Of a DNA stretch of 64,000 nt, positions 39,469 to 49,182 are shown in pieces. The position numbers and the translations under genes are program-made. How positions within the stretch are numbered: position 1 is the first letter of the stretch; the number at the start of each line of letters is the position of its first letter. Below the pieces are notes generated by a model. That model saw only the letters and a program-made list of their open reading frames with translations, did no database searches and had not been told where the DNA came from. Source of the stretch: a virus (Duplodnaviria; Caudoviricetes); the IMG/VR virus record IMGVR_UViG_3300043812_000016, positions 1-64,000 of that record; one strand, given 5' to 3'.

Positions 39469-39649
39469 TTGGACTTAGTTACCTTTGGGTGATGATAGCT
39501 AGGTCCTGCCTTCTTATAGTTAGACATTTGTTGAATGGTAGCTTCTTTTGGTTTGTAATTTTTGTTCGGACGTGTAAGTTTAACTGTGTGCAATTAGCAC
39601 ACTTGTCTCGATAGTCTAACTGGATAAAACATCGGATTATCTATTATAA

Positions 39650-39723
39650 GTGAGTATCGCCTAATTGGATAAGGCACTTGTCTTCTAAACAAGATATTAT
39701 GGGTTCAAATCCCATTACTCACA
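39650..39723 (+). tRNA. tRNA-Arg(TCT)
   Basis: canonical cloverleaf, loop CT-TCT-AA, A20 in D loop. Confidence 0.95.
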
Positions 39724-39741
39724 TCTTCTTAATTATGGAGA

Positions 39742-40449
39742 GTGGTAGTAATTAAATATTTGATAAAAGATGTTAGTGACGATCAATTTATTAAAGCTGT
39801 TAAATCTAGTAAAACCTATACAGAGATTGCTAAAAAGCTTGGTGCTTACTATGCAAGTGCTCCCTCTGTTGTAAAACGTAGAATTGAACAGTTGGGGATT
39901 GATTTTAAACCTGTGTCTCCTAGATATGAACCAGATGACGTATTTTTCTCAGAGCATCATTATCATACTTCCCATACATTAAGAAGTAGATTACTAAAAA
40001 TAAAAGATCGTGAGTATATTTGTTCTGTTTGTGGGCATCTTCCTATATGGAATGGTCAAGCTCTTACATTGGAAGTTGACCATATTAATGGTGACTCATC
40101 AGATTGTAGGTTAGCTAATTTACGCTGGGTTTGTCCCAATTGTCACTCACAAACAAATACTTACAGAAGGGGTAATAGTGGTTCCCCTAGAGAATACTAT
40201 TATCATAGGGTATGTATTGTTTGTGATAAGGAATTTAAGTCTACATCCAGACATGCTAAATATTGCTCTAAGGAGTGTTATAAAAAGGCTTTTACCAAAA
40301 AACCTCCCATAGGTAAGAATGAACTTATCAAAAGATTACGACAGACTTCTTTTGTTCAGGTAGGGAGAGATTTTAACGTTACTGATAATACAGTAAGAAA
40401 ATGGTGTAGAAAGTATAACATTTCTACTAGGTCAAAAGATTATAAATAA
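39742..40449 (+). CDS. HNH homing endonuclease with zinc fingers and HTH
   Basis: CSVC, LEVDHINGD...NLRWVCPNCH, CIVC..YCSKEC, C-terminal HTH. Confidence 0.9.
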   Translation: MVVIKYLIKDVSDDQFIKAVKSSKTYTEIAKKLGAYYASAPSVVKRRIEQLGIDFKPVSPRYEPDDVFFSEHHYHTSHTLRSRLLKIKDREYICSVCGHLPIWNGQALTLEVDHINGDSSDCRLANLRWVCPNCHSQTNTYRRGNSGSPREYYYHRVCIVCDKEFKSTSRHAKYCSKECYKKAFTKKPPIGKNELIKRLRQTSFVQVGRDFNVTDNTVRKWCRKYNISTRSKDYK

Positions 40450-40487
40450 TCCGAAAATCCGAGTCCGAGTCTCGGTCGGGACATTGT

Positions 40488-40710
40488 AGCAATTATGTGG
40501 AATAGATAGAATTTCATAAAAACACCTCCTTCCAATAAAATTGGATTTCAAAATAATTTAGTTGTAATACATAAGACAATAGGTTCACCCTATAAAGTTC
40601 CTTTCGTTAATACGGAAGACTAAAGTTAGTAGTCTTCTAAAGATGATTAAGTCTTAAAATTTCTTTATTCGTATCCTCTATCTAAGTAGGTTCGATTCCT
40701 GCAATTGCTA
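40488..40710 (+). ncRNA. tmRNA-topology tRNA-like RNA (~223 nt)
   Basis: acceptor AGCAATT/AATTGCT-A, stemless D loop ATGTGGAA, helix TAGATAGA/TCTATCTA, T arm GTAGG-TTCGATT-CCTGC. Confidence 0.7.
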
Positions 40711-40799
40711 TCGGCTAAGAAGTCTTTCTCATTTTATTCTTCTTAGCCTTGTATAATGGTGTTTAGTCATTATTATACTTCTTTTTCTTATTTTCTGTT

Positions 40800-40840
40800 A
40801 AACATCCTGTGGTATCTCCAGCGCAGGATGTTTTTCTTTT
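40800..40840 (+). terminator. terminator of RNA cluster
   Basis: aaacatcctg...caggatgttt + T run. Confidence 0.75.
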
Positions 40841-40972
40841 ATTTCTTTATATTAATATTGATACAAGATTGTACAATCTTATTTCTTGTATTGAATTCAA
40901 TATGAGGAGGTTGGAATGTTAGACTAGGATAGCCTAGCCGTAACCTAGTTTCTCCTAGTGCTAACTCTAGCA

Positions 40973-42250
40973 ATGGGAAAACATTATTTTAAGAAGTTAG
41001 CTGTTGCAACAGTAGCCTTAGCAACTCTTGGAGCAACGATGTCTCTTTCCTCTGGAACTGTAATGGCGGCCAAGGGGGATCATGGTGTCGATTGGTCGAA
41101 ATATCAAGGATCTAATGGTATCTTTGGTTATCCAGACGATAAGTTCGCTGTTATTCAAATGGGTGGTACTACTACTGGTTGGAATCTTTATGACCAGTGG
41201 ACTTATGGATCACAGGTAAGAAGTGCTATTGCTCAAGGCAAGCGGGCGCATAATTATATCTGGTGGCAAAATGTTACGACTACTCAACAGGCGGATCAAG
41301 TATTAAATTACTTTTTGCCTAAGGTACAAACACCGAGAGGCTCAATTATCGCTCTGGACGTTGAGTCAGGCTATCAGAGTACTCAAGCTATTGACCATGC
41401 TTGTCAACGAATTAAAGACGCAGGTTATACGCCAATGGTTTATGGTTATAAGAATTACCTTGTAAATAATACTGATCTTCATTATTTAGCAAGTAAGTAT
41501 CAACTCTGGTTGGCGGAATACCCTAATTATTCAGTAACTAGAGAACCTAATTATAATTTCTTCCCTAGCTTTGAAAATATTGGTATGTTCCAATATACGT
41601 CAACAGCGATTGCTGGTGGTCTTGATCGGAACATTGACCTCACTGGTATTACTGATAATGGTTATACTAATGGTAATGCTCAAAAGCCTAAGACAGAAAC
41701 TCCAGCAACGGAACAAGGTAAGCAACTTCATCAAGATACCCATAATTATGTGGTTAAGTCCGGTGATAGCTGGTGGAAGATTGCTAATGATCACGGAATG
41801 GATATGTACGCCTTAGCTAAGCTTAATGGAAGTACTATTAATTCTGTAATCTACCCCGGACAAGTTCTTCGGGTAGCTGATAAAGGCGAAGGTAATTCTG
41901 TTTCTAACAAGGTGCAAAAACCAGTACCAAGTACTAATACTCAACAAACTTCAACCTATACTGTTCGTTACGGGGACAGTTGGTGGAAGATTGCTAATGA
42001 TCATGGTATGAGTATGTATACTCTTGCACAAATTAATGGTAAGAGTATTTACAATACTATTTACCCCGGTCAAGTATTAAAGATTAGTGGAAACGCTCAA
42101 GTACAACAACGTAAGTCATATACTGTTCGTTATGGCGATAACCTTTCAACAATTGCTTATCGCCTAGGTACTTCTGTAAATCATTTAGTAGCTACTAATG
42201 GTTTAAGAAATGCTAATCTAATTTATCCCGGACAGGTCTTGAGTTACTAA
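40973..42250 (+). CDS. endolysin: signal peptide + GH25 muramidase + 3 LysM
   Basis: GVDWSKYQ, ALDVE, LWLAEY, FQYTS, GLDRN; three LysM repeats. Confidence 0.93.
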   Translation: MGKHYFKKLAVATVALATLGATMSLSSGTVMAAKGDHGVDWSKYQGSNGIFGYPDDKFAVIQMGGTTTGWNLYDQWTYGSQVRSAIAQGKRAHNYIWWQNVTTTQQADQVLNYFLPKVQTPRGSIIALDVESGYQSTQAIDHACQRIKDAGYTPMVYGYKNYLVNNTDLHYLASKYQLWLAEYPNYSVTREPNYNFFPSFENIGMFQYTSTAIAGGLDRNIDLTGITDNGYTNGNAQKPKTETPATEQGKQLHQDTHNYVVKSGDSWWKIANDHGMDMYALAKLNGSTINSVIYPGQVLRVADKGEGNSVSNKVQKPVPSTNTQQTSTYTVRYGDSWWKIANDHGMSMYTLAQINGKSIYNTIYPGQVLKISGNAQVQQRKSYTVRYGDNLSTIAYRLGTSVNHLVATNGLRNANLIYPGQVLSY

Positions 42251-42309
42251 AAAGAAGTCTAGCTAATTAGCTAGGCTTTTTATATTACACTTAAAAGGAG
42301 TGAGTGTAA

Positions 42310-42951
42310 TTGAACTACTTAAATATTTTGGATTCTATTAGTGATCGTTCTAAGGTGTATTTTTTACCCGTAGACTCTACGGGTATAGTAAGCTATGAAA
42401 ATGCCTTTTTAACGTTTCATATTACTGATTTAGAAGGAAATAAAGTCACTACGGTTACAGGTAATTATGATAGTAATGGCATCTACTTTGATCCTATTAA
42501 TCTGATTGGTCTATCTGCCGGTAAAGTATATGGACTATATTTAGAAATTAGAACACGTACAGAACGTAATTATTTTCCGGGGCAAGAAGTTCTTTATCTG
42601 ATTCTGACTACAGATGCAAAATTATCTATCTTAAAAGATATTCCGACTGATTACTTTAAGAATTTAGACAGCGGTAATAGTAAGATGCCTTTTAATTCTG
42701 TACAGGTAGATTACTTTAGATGAAGACAAACAGGCTTATTCCAGAATTATTAATAATACTTTGATTATTGGTATTCCTAAAGGTAAGACAGGGCCGGTTG
42801 GCCCTAAAGGAGATACTGGTGACCTCAAGGGCCTATAGGTGCTAGAGGTTTAGACGGTACTAATGGTAGAGATGGGACTAGTTATATCCCTTACATTGGT
42901 TCGGATGGGAATTGGCACGTTAAAGAAACGGATCAAGGTGAGTTGAGTTAA
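42310..42951 (+). CDS. fibre/baseplate adaptor-like protein with collagen repeats (frameshifted)
   Basis: N-terminus resembles that of 45555; GxY repeats and YIPYIGSDGNW in shifted frames; ends TAATG overlapping the next start. Confidence 0.55.
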
Positions 42952-45362
42952 TGGAAAAAGATATTAATTTAAATAGTCAAAGCTCAAGGACCTGTAGGTC
43001 CAATGGGTCCTCAAGGTGAACGTGGTCCACAAGGACCAGTTGGCCCTAAAGGAGATAAAGGTGATACTGGAGCTAAAGGTAGTGATGGTGCTAATGGTGC
43101 AAAAGGGGATACTGGTGCTAGAGGTATAAGTATCTGGGCTTCTAAATATGCTCGTGGTGCTAAATTGAATGACCAGTATTGGTCTGATTTGAATGGTACA
43201 AAGGTTGGCTTTGGTCCACAGGTTGGTGATTTAGTTTTACAGACTGATGGAAATGTTTCTATAGTTACAAAGTCAGTAACTTCTTCTGATATTTATACTG
43301 GTGGTGGTTTATGGTCTATAGATGGTTATTTATTTAATATCCGTGGTCCACAGGGTTCTGTAGGTCTTACTGGACCAATGGGACCCGCCGGTCCTAAGGG
43401 AGAAACTGGTGCTACAGGAGCAACGGGCGCTAAAGGTAGTACGGGAGACAGAGGACCTCAAGGAATACAAGGACCTCAAGGAATAGACAAAGGAGACTAA
43501 AGGTGATCAAGGAGATAAAGGAGATACTGGACCACAAGGGCCTAAAGGGGATAAAGGTGATACGGGACCTAAAGGTAATGATGGATTTACCCCACAGATT
43601 GATAGTAATGGTCATTGGAAGATAGGCAATACAACTACTCAATATTCAGTAGGTATGAGGGATCAAGATGACTCAGCTACTCTATTAGATCTTAATACAG
43701 ATAGAGCTGTTTATTATCCGTCTGAAAAAGTAGTTTTCTATGCTACTAGCGTTTCTGGTCATGGTCATTTAGTAGTTAAGTATTATCATTTAAATAATTT
43801 AGTTGCTACTAAGGAAATCTATTATGGAACTTCTGAGCTTAGCTGGTCTTGGCTTTTGCCTGCTGACGATAATATTGGTTATGCTGTAGTAATTGAAAAT
43901 CATGTTGGTAATAATGTATCAACAGAGACAATTGCAATTAATGTAAGTAGCGATCTCTATAATTATCCTATTATGGGATTTATTTCTAGGTATGATAATG
44001 ATTCTCCAACAGAAATAAAAGGGGTTTTAGACTACTTAAAGCGACTTCATATCAATTTAATTCAGTGTTATGATTGGTTTGATTATCACTCTTTGCCATT
44101 ACCTACTTATAGTAATGGTGGTGATAGTTTATTTGTTGCTAATATTTGGAATGATATGGGTAATCGTTTAACTAAAAAGAAAGTTATTGAAGATTACTGT
44201 TATTTAGCTAAAAGCTATGGAATGAAACCTTTAGCTTATATGGCGATGAATGGATCTGATACTAATCAGCTAGTTCACGGATTATCCGCTGATATGTTTT
44301 TATATAATGATAATTCAAAAAGCCTTGACCATGTTTATAAAACTTTAGATAAATCTAATGGCTGGGGTAAATATAATCTTTATAATATGAATTGGATGAA
44401 TGGTCCTTGGCAGGATTATATTTATCGTCAAATGGAAACCGTTAGAAATAATATGCCATTTGTTGGTTGGCATATTGATATGTTTGGTGACCCCGGTAAT
44501 AAGTATGAGGCCAATGGTAATCTAATTAGTAGCGCTACTCTTGCTAATGGTATCCATTATTTCCTAAATAAAGCTGGTAAATTAGGTTGGGATACTGGTG
44601 TTAATTCTGTTGGTGAATACGGACTTGATGATATTAGAAATTCAACAGTTCCTAAATATCTTTATACCGAAGTATGGGATAATCGTAAGACTTATAATGA
44701 CTTGTTTAATCTGGTTAAATTTCTTGCTGAATCACGGGATAGTAACAAGCAAAAGAAAGGTGTAATTATAGCCGCTTATATGGATTATGATTACGCTAAA
44801 AATAATGCTGGTAAGTATTTTAATACGGACGGAATCATTCTAGCTGACTTAGTGATTATGGCTAGTGGTGGTACTCATTTGGAAATAGGGTGAGCATATG
44901 CTCTGTAATGAGTATTTCCCTAATAGTAATCTTAATCTCCCCTCAACGCTTAAAGATAATTATTTACCTAAGATGTATGACTTTTTTGTTGCTTTTAAAG
45001 AAATTATTGGCCTAGGCTATCAAGTTGACGGTTTAGCTACTATTGATGGTGGTAGTGTAGATTATTTACAAAGCGGTAAAGTTTGCGGGATTAGCCGAGG
45101 AAATAAGAATGATTATTTAGGTTTAAGTTTAATTAATCTTAGAACTACTAATACAGAGTGGCGAGATACAAATGCTAATTGTAGTGTTTCTCCAGCACAA
45201 AATATTAGGGTAACGCTCAAGCTAGGTGTAACTAATCATGACTGGTACTATTTTGACTTAGATAATTTAGAGCCTCAAAAATTAAATGTAGGGGCAGACG
45301 GAGTAGTTAATATTTCTTCACTAAGATATTATGGATTTATTTTAGGTATTCCTAAAAAATAG
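42951..45362 (+). CDS. collagen-repeat fibre protein with GH66 (dextranase/cyclodextran glucanotransferase-like) domain; frameshifted
   Basis: GxY repeats then [44 protein letters not shown]66 motifs (ORFs 43003-43500, 43655-44893, 44898-45362). Confidence 0.75.
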
Positions 45363-45554
45363 TTATTGATAATTTATTTAATTATGATATACTTAAATTA
45401 AATATTTAAGTAATGTAATTTGCCACTATACTAATATCTTGTTTACAGCCTTTTCTGCTAGTATGTAGGAAAGGTTTTTTATTTTACGTTGGTTTAATCC
45501 CCTATATTACAATTAGCGAAACCATGTGATAAGAAAGGGGAATGCAAGGGTCTA

Positions 45555-47732
45555 ATGAATAAATTAAGTTTTATTTCAAGCATTCCTAGTGATAATGATA
45601 CAACAATTTATTTAGTGCCTACTAATTCTCAAAAGAGCTTACAGTTCTTTAACGTGGAATTAAATATGCACTTTTATGATCTTAGTGGTAATAGTCGTTT
45701 AACTATTCCGGTAAATGCTAACGATGATGGTGTTTACTTTAAACTAAGCCAGTTATCTTCATTAGGACTAGGAACATATGCTTTTTATCTTAGTATGCGT
45801 TATTCAGACCATATGGAGTATTATCCTAGTAATACAGCGAAGTATATTACTTTGGCTTATAATAACAACAGATTAGTCTTTAAGAGTATCTTTACTCCCG
45901 AAGCTACTAATATTACTCCTCCCGATACGAGTAAGATTGTTGAACGCCAAGTTTTGCACGTCCATGATATTGATATTAAAGATATTAAGGTATCGACAAT
46001 TGACTCTAATAAAAACGCTAATGTTTATCTAGATCAGTATGATGTTTTACATTTTGATATTCCTAAGGGTGAGACTGGTAAGTCTCTATATGAATTAGCA
46101 CGGGACGCTGGTTTTACTGGTAGTTTTAAAGACTATGAAAAAACTTTAGTTGGTCCTACTGGTCCTAAAGGTGATCGTGGTTATAATATCTGGTTCGATA
46201 CCCATGATTATGGTGAAAACTACCGTGGCTCTTATTGGACTGACTTAAAGGGATCTGCTCCCGATCGTGGACCACAGGTTAGCGACTTAGTGGTTTTAAG
46301 TAGTGGTCATTTAGTTCAAGTAACTGGTGTTAGTTACGGTGGTGTTCCCGAAGCTGGTGGAGGTACCTTTAATTATGGTCCTTACTTAGCTAACTTAGCT
46401 GGTGTAGCTGGACCAAAAGGTGATCGTGGTGCTACTGGTTTACAAGGTCCTCAAGGTAATACTGGACCTACTGGTCCACAGGGTCCTGTAGGTCCTGCTG
46501 GTAAGAACTTTAATATTAAAAAGACTTTTGATTCTGTATCTGCAATGAATGCAAGTAATGGCGCTGGATTTACTGACGGTGACTTTACAATGATTGCAAG
46601 TAATGTTAGTGATCCTGATAATTCAAAGCTTTATGTTTGGGACGGAAGTAAGTTTGTTTATATTTCTGACCTTTCTGGTGCCCAAGGTATTCAAGGACCA
46701 CAAGGGATTCAAGGTATTCAGGGGGTTCAAGGTAAGCAAGGTTTAACTGGACCTCAAGGACCAAAGGGGGATAAAGGTGATACCGGGGCTACTGGACTCC
46801 AAGGACCCAAGGGGGATAAGGGTGAAACCGGACCACAAGGTCCTCAGGGTGTAAAAGGTGATACAGGTGACACTGGTACTGTTGATAATGCCGGATTGAC
46901 CACAGCGCCCGCTTTTGTTAAGCTTCAAACGCAGGTCAATAATAGTGCTGTGGGTACTAACCTATTAATGGGCACACGTGATTGGCAAGGGGACTGGAAA
47001 AATCTCCCATCATGGATGGTGAGTGAAGAGACGTACAAAGGTCTTACTGTTCGGTACTATTCACACGCATGGGATGGCCTAATGCAATATTATGACGCAG
47101 ATCCTAACACTACGTATACTTTTAGCTTCTATGCCAAAGCATCCGAAGCAGATAACAGCATGACTATATTTGTGCTTGATTCAGATGATTGGAGCAGTCC
47201 AGTCGTTAGCAGACCAGACTATGTTGGTCAAACTATAACAACAGAATGGCAACGATATTCAGTCACCTTTACTACTAAGAGTGGTGGGAAGATTTCCCCA
47301 AATGTCTGCTCTAATAAAGATGGTGTGACAATTTATGCGGCTGGTTACAAACTTGAAAAAGGTAGCGTAGCTACTGACTGGATGCCAGCGCCAGAGGATA
47401 GGGGTGATCGGGGTCTAAGTATCTGGTTTGATAAGTATGCTTATGGCGGTAATAGACCTAACCAATACTGGTCTGATCTTTACAATACTAAAGTTGGTTT
47501 TGGTCCACAGGTCGGCGACTTGATTATCCAAACTAATGGTATGATTACCCAAGTAACTGCTGTTAATGCTAGTGGAGATGCTTCTACTGGTGGTGGTACT
47601 TTTGATACGGGTGCTGTTATTGGTAATATGCAAGGTCATACCCCTGTTCGTGGTACTGATTACTGGACTGACGCAGATAAAAATGAAATTAAGTCTTATG
47701 TAGATGACGCAATTTTAAATGGAAAGTGGTGA
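45555..47732 (+). CDS. collagen-repeat tail fibre / receptor-binding protein with carbohydrate-binding module
   Basis: GxY runs, GTNLL..YTFSFYAK..EWQRYSVTF..KLEKGSVATDWMPAPED, TPVRGTDYWT tail. Confidence 0.85.
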   Translation: MNKLSFISSIPSDNDTTIYLVPTNSQKSLQFFNVELNMHFYDLSGNSRLTIPVNANDDGVYFKLSQLSSLGLGTYAFYLSMRYSDHMEYYPSNTAKYITLAYNNNRLVFKSIFTPEATNITPPDTSKIVERQVLHVHDIDIKDIKVSTIDSNKNANVYLDQYDVLHFDIPKGETGKSLYELARDAGFTGSFKDYEKTLVGPTGPKGDRGYNIWFDTHDYGENYRGSYWTDLKGSAPDRGPQVSDLVVLSSGHLVQVTGVSYGGVPEAGGGTFNYGPYLANLAGVAGPKGDRGATGLQGPQGNTGPTGPQGPVGPAGKNFNIKKTFDSVSAMNASNGAGFTDGDFTMIASNVSDPDNSKLYVWDGSKFVYISDLSGAQGIQGPQGIQGIQGVQGKQGLTGPQGPKGDKGDTGATGLQGPKGDKGETGPQGPQGVKGDTGDTGTVDNAGLTTAPAFVKLQTQVNNSAVGTNLLMGTRDWQGDWKNLPSWMVSEETYKGLTVRYYSHAWDGLMQYYDADPNTTYTFSFYAKASEADNSMTIFVLDSDDWSSPVVSRPDYVGQTITTEWQRYSVTFTTKSGGKISPNVCSNKDGVTIYAAGYKLEKGSVATDWMPAPEDRGDRGLSIWFDKYAYGGNRPNQYWSDLYNTKVGFGPQVGDLIIQTNGMITQVTAVNASGDASTGGGTFDTGAVIGNMQGHTPVRGTDYWTDADKNEIKSYVDDAILNGKW

Positions 47733-47790
47733 GTAGATGAGTTTGAATGATATTTTAACGGTTCTACTCTAATAGATTGGAGGTGATAGC

Positions 47791-48672
47791 ATGACAGTTA
47801 AGGATACTTTTACTTCAATGGCCGATCATCTACGTAGTGAATATGGTATTAATGATTTATTAACGACTAATCAGATTAAGGACGGTTTTAACGGGTTACA
47901 CGTTACTAACCTAATAGATGATGGCCAGTCCTATGATTCAACAGTTGATAAGGTTGGTTGGAAACCTATAACGGGATTTCAGAAGTATGCTAATTTGATT
48001 CCAGGCAAATATATTTCAGTTTCATGTGATATTGAATGGTCTGGATATGATCCTAGTAAGGGTGAGCGCATTGGTATTGAATATGGAATAAAGTTTAAGA
48101 ATAGTCCTGAATTTTGGCTAGAGGTATTTTGTTACCCTAAAACTTCTAATGGTTCTAATCACATAGTTGGTGGTGGACTATTACCACAGGACATTATTAC
48201 AGGCTATGATGAAGGTAATTTTTACTCAATTGACTCGGGTGTATGCAAGATTACTAACCCCAAGATTTTTATAAATCCAATGGGGGGGAAAAGCAGTCTG
48301 AACTTGCTTAACCCATCCTTGTTTATGTTAGATCATAGTAAAATGCAGGGAACATTGATTACTTTTGATACCACAGGTCCTACTGATAGCTTAGGTCTTA
48401 TCCGTCAGAATCATATCTATCCTAATAAAGGTAGTTCTTATAAATTATCCTTTGAAGCTATTGGTAGTGGGAATATAATGACATATGTATTTGGTGGTAC
48501 AGTTGATAAGGGTTATCAAAGCAATGGTCATTTGATTACCTTAACAAATAGCTGGGATTATTATGAGCAATTAATCCCTGCTGATAATATGCCATTAAAT
48601 GCAAATTTTAATTTTAGTGCAATTACTAATTGTAAGGGTAAGGTAGCTGATCTTAAATTGATAGAAGTTTGA
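47791..48672 (+). CDS. putative carbohydrate-binding virion protein
   Basis: two NLI/NLL-initiated beta-sandwich-like domains. Confidence 0.6.
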   Translation: MTVKDTFTSMADHLRSEYGINDLLTTNQIKDGFNGLHVTNLIDDGQSYDSTVDKVGWKPITGFQKYANLIPGKYISVSCDIEWSGYDPSKGERIGIEYGIKFKNSPEFWLEVFCYPKTSNGSNHIVGGGLLPQDIITGYDEGNFYSIDSGVCKITNPKIFINPMGGKSSLNLLNPSLFMLDHSKMQGTLITFDTTGPTDSLGLIRQNHIYPNKGSSYKLSFEAIGSGNIMTYVFGGTVDKGYQSNGHLITLTNSWDYYEQLIPADNMPLNANFNFSAITNCKGKVADLKLIEV

Positions 48673-48914
48673 ATTTAACTAAGCTAAAATTAAAAGGCTT
48701 ACTAAGATCAGCGACTTGTGATATAATAAGTTGTAAGAGTGGTAGTAACTCTACGGAGCCTACTGCGAGGGGTAAGTACAAGTCCCTATAAAGTACATTA
48801 AGACTAGTCTAAGTCCTACTCATGCTATTTGTGAGTTAGGGCTTTTCTTTTACAATTTTGTATTCTTTTCTTTGTATAGTGTTAATTCCCTATATTACAG
48901 TACAGGTGATAAGA

Positions 48915-49181
48915 ATGACTTATGATGATGTTCTTATTAAACGTAAGAAGTTATTTAAGCATATGGATCGTAAGAGAGTGTTTAAACGTAAATCACATAA
49001 TACCGAAACTCGTTATTGTGCTGTTTGTGGTCGTCCTCTTACATCCTATGTATTTAAGACAGGGGAGTTTGTTACCTCGGTTAAGCATATTCATTACTAT
49101 GTAAATGGAACTTTTCTTTCTGGTTCTGTTTGCTATAGCCCACACAGTTGTTATCGGTATTTAAGAAAGGAAGTGAAATAA
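48915..49181 (+). CDS. Cys-rich protein upstream of TerS
   Basis: CAVC...CYSPHSC; ATG 48915 with RBS aggtga and late-type promoter CTATATTA. Confidence 0.7.
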   Translation: MTYDDVLIKRKKLFKHMDRKRVFKRKSHNTETRYCAVCGRPLTSYVFKTGEFVTSVKHIHYYVNGTFLSGSVCYSPHSCYRYLRKEVK

Positions 49182-49182
49182 C

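Larger units (their letters stand above)
39605..40483 (+). ncRNA. split tRNA-Arg-like shell (5' half 39605-39638, 3' half 40448-40483) enclosing tRNA-Arg and HNH gene
   Basis: acceptor GTCTCGA/TCGGGAC, D loop AACTGGATA, anticodon stem TCGGA/TCCGA, T arm CCGAG-TCCGAGT-CTCGG. Confidence 0.85.

Noticed and set aside
39366-39614. 82-aa ORF
   Set aside because: Overlaps tRNA-Met and structured RNA; spurious.
39637-40449. Group I or group II intron in the tRNA anticodon loop
   Set aside because: No P7 (GACUA/UAGUC) core or domain V seen; the insert is almost entirely tRNA + ORF.
40488-40710. Bona fide tmRNA (ssrA)
   Set aside because: Too short, no G3-U70 alanine determinant, no tag reading frame ending in AA.
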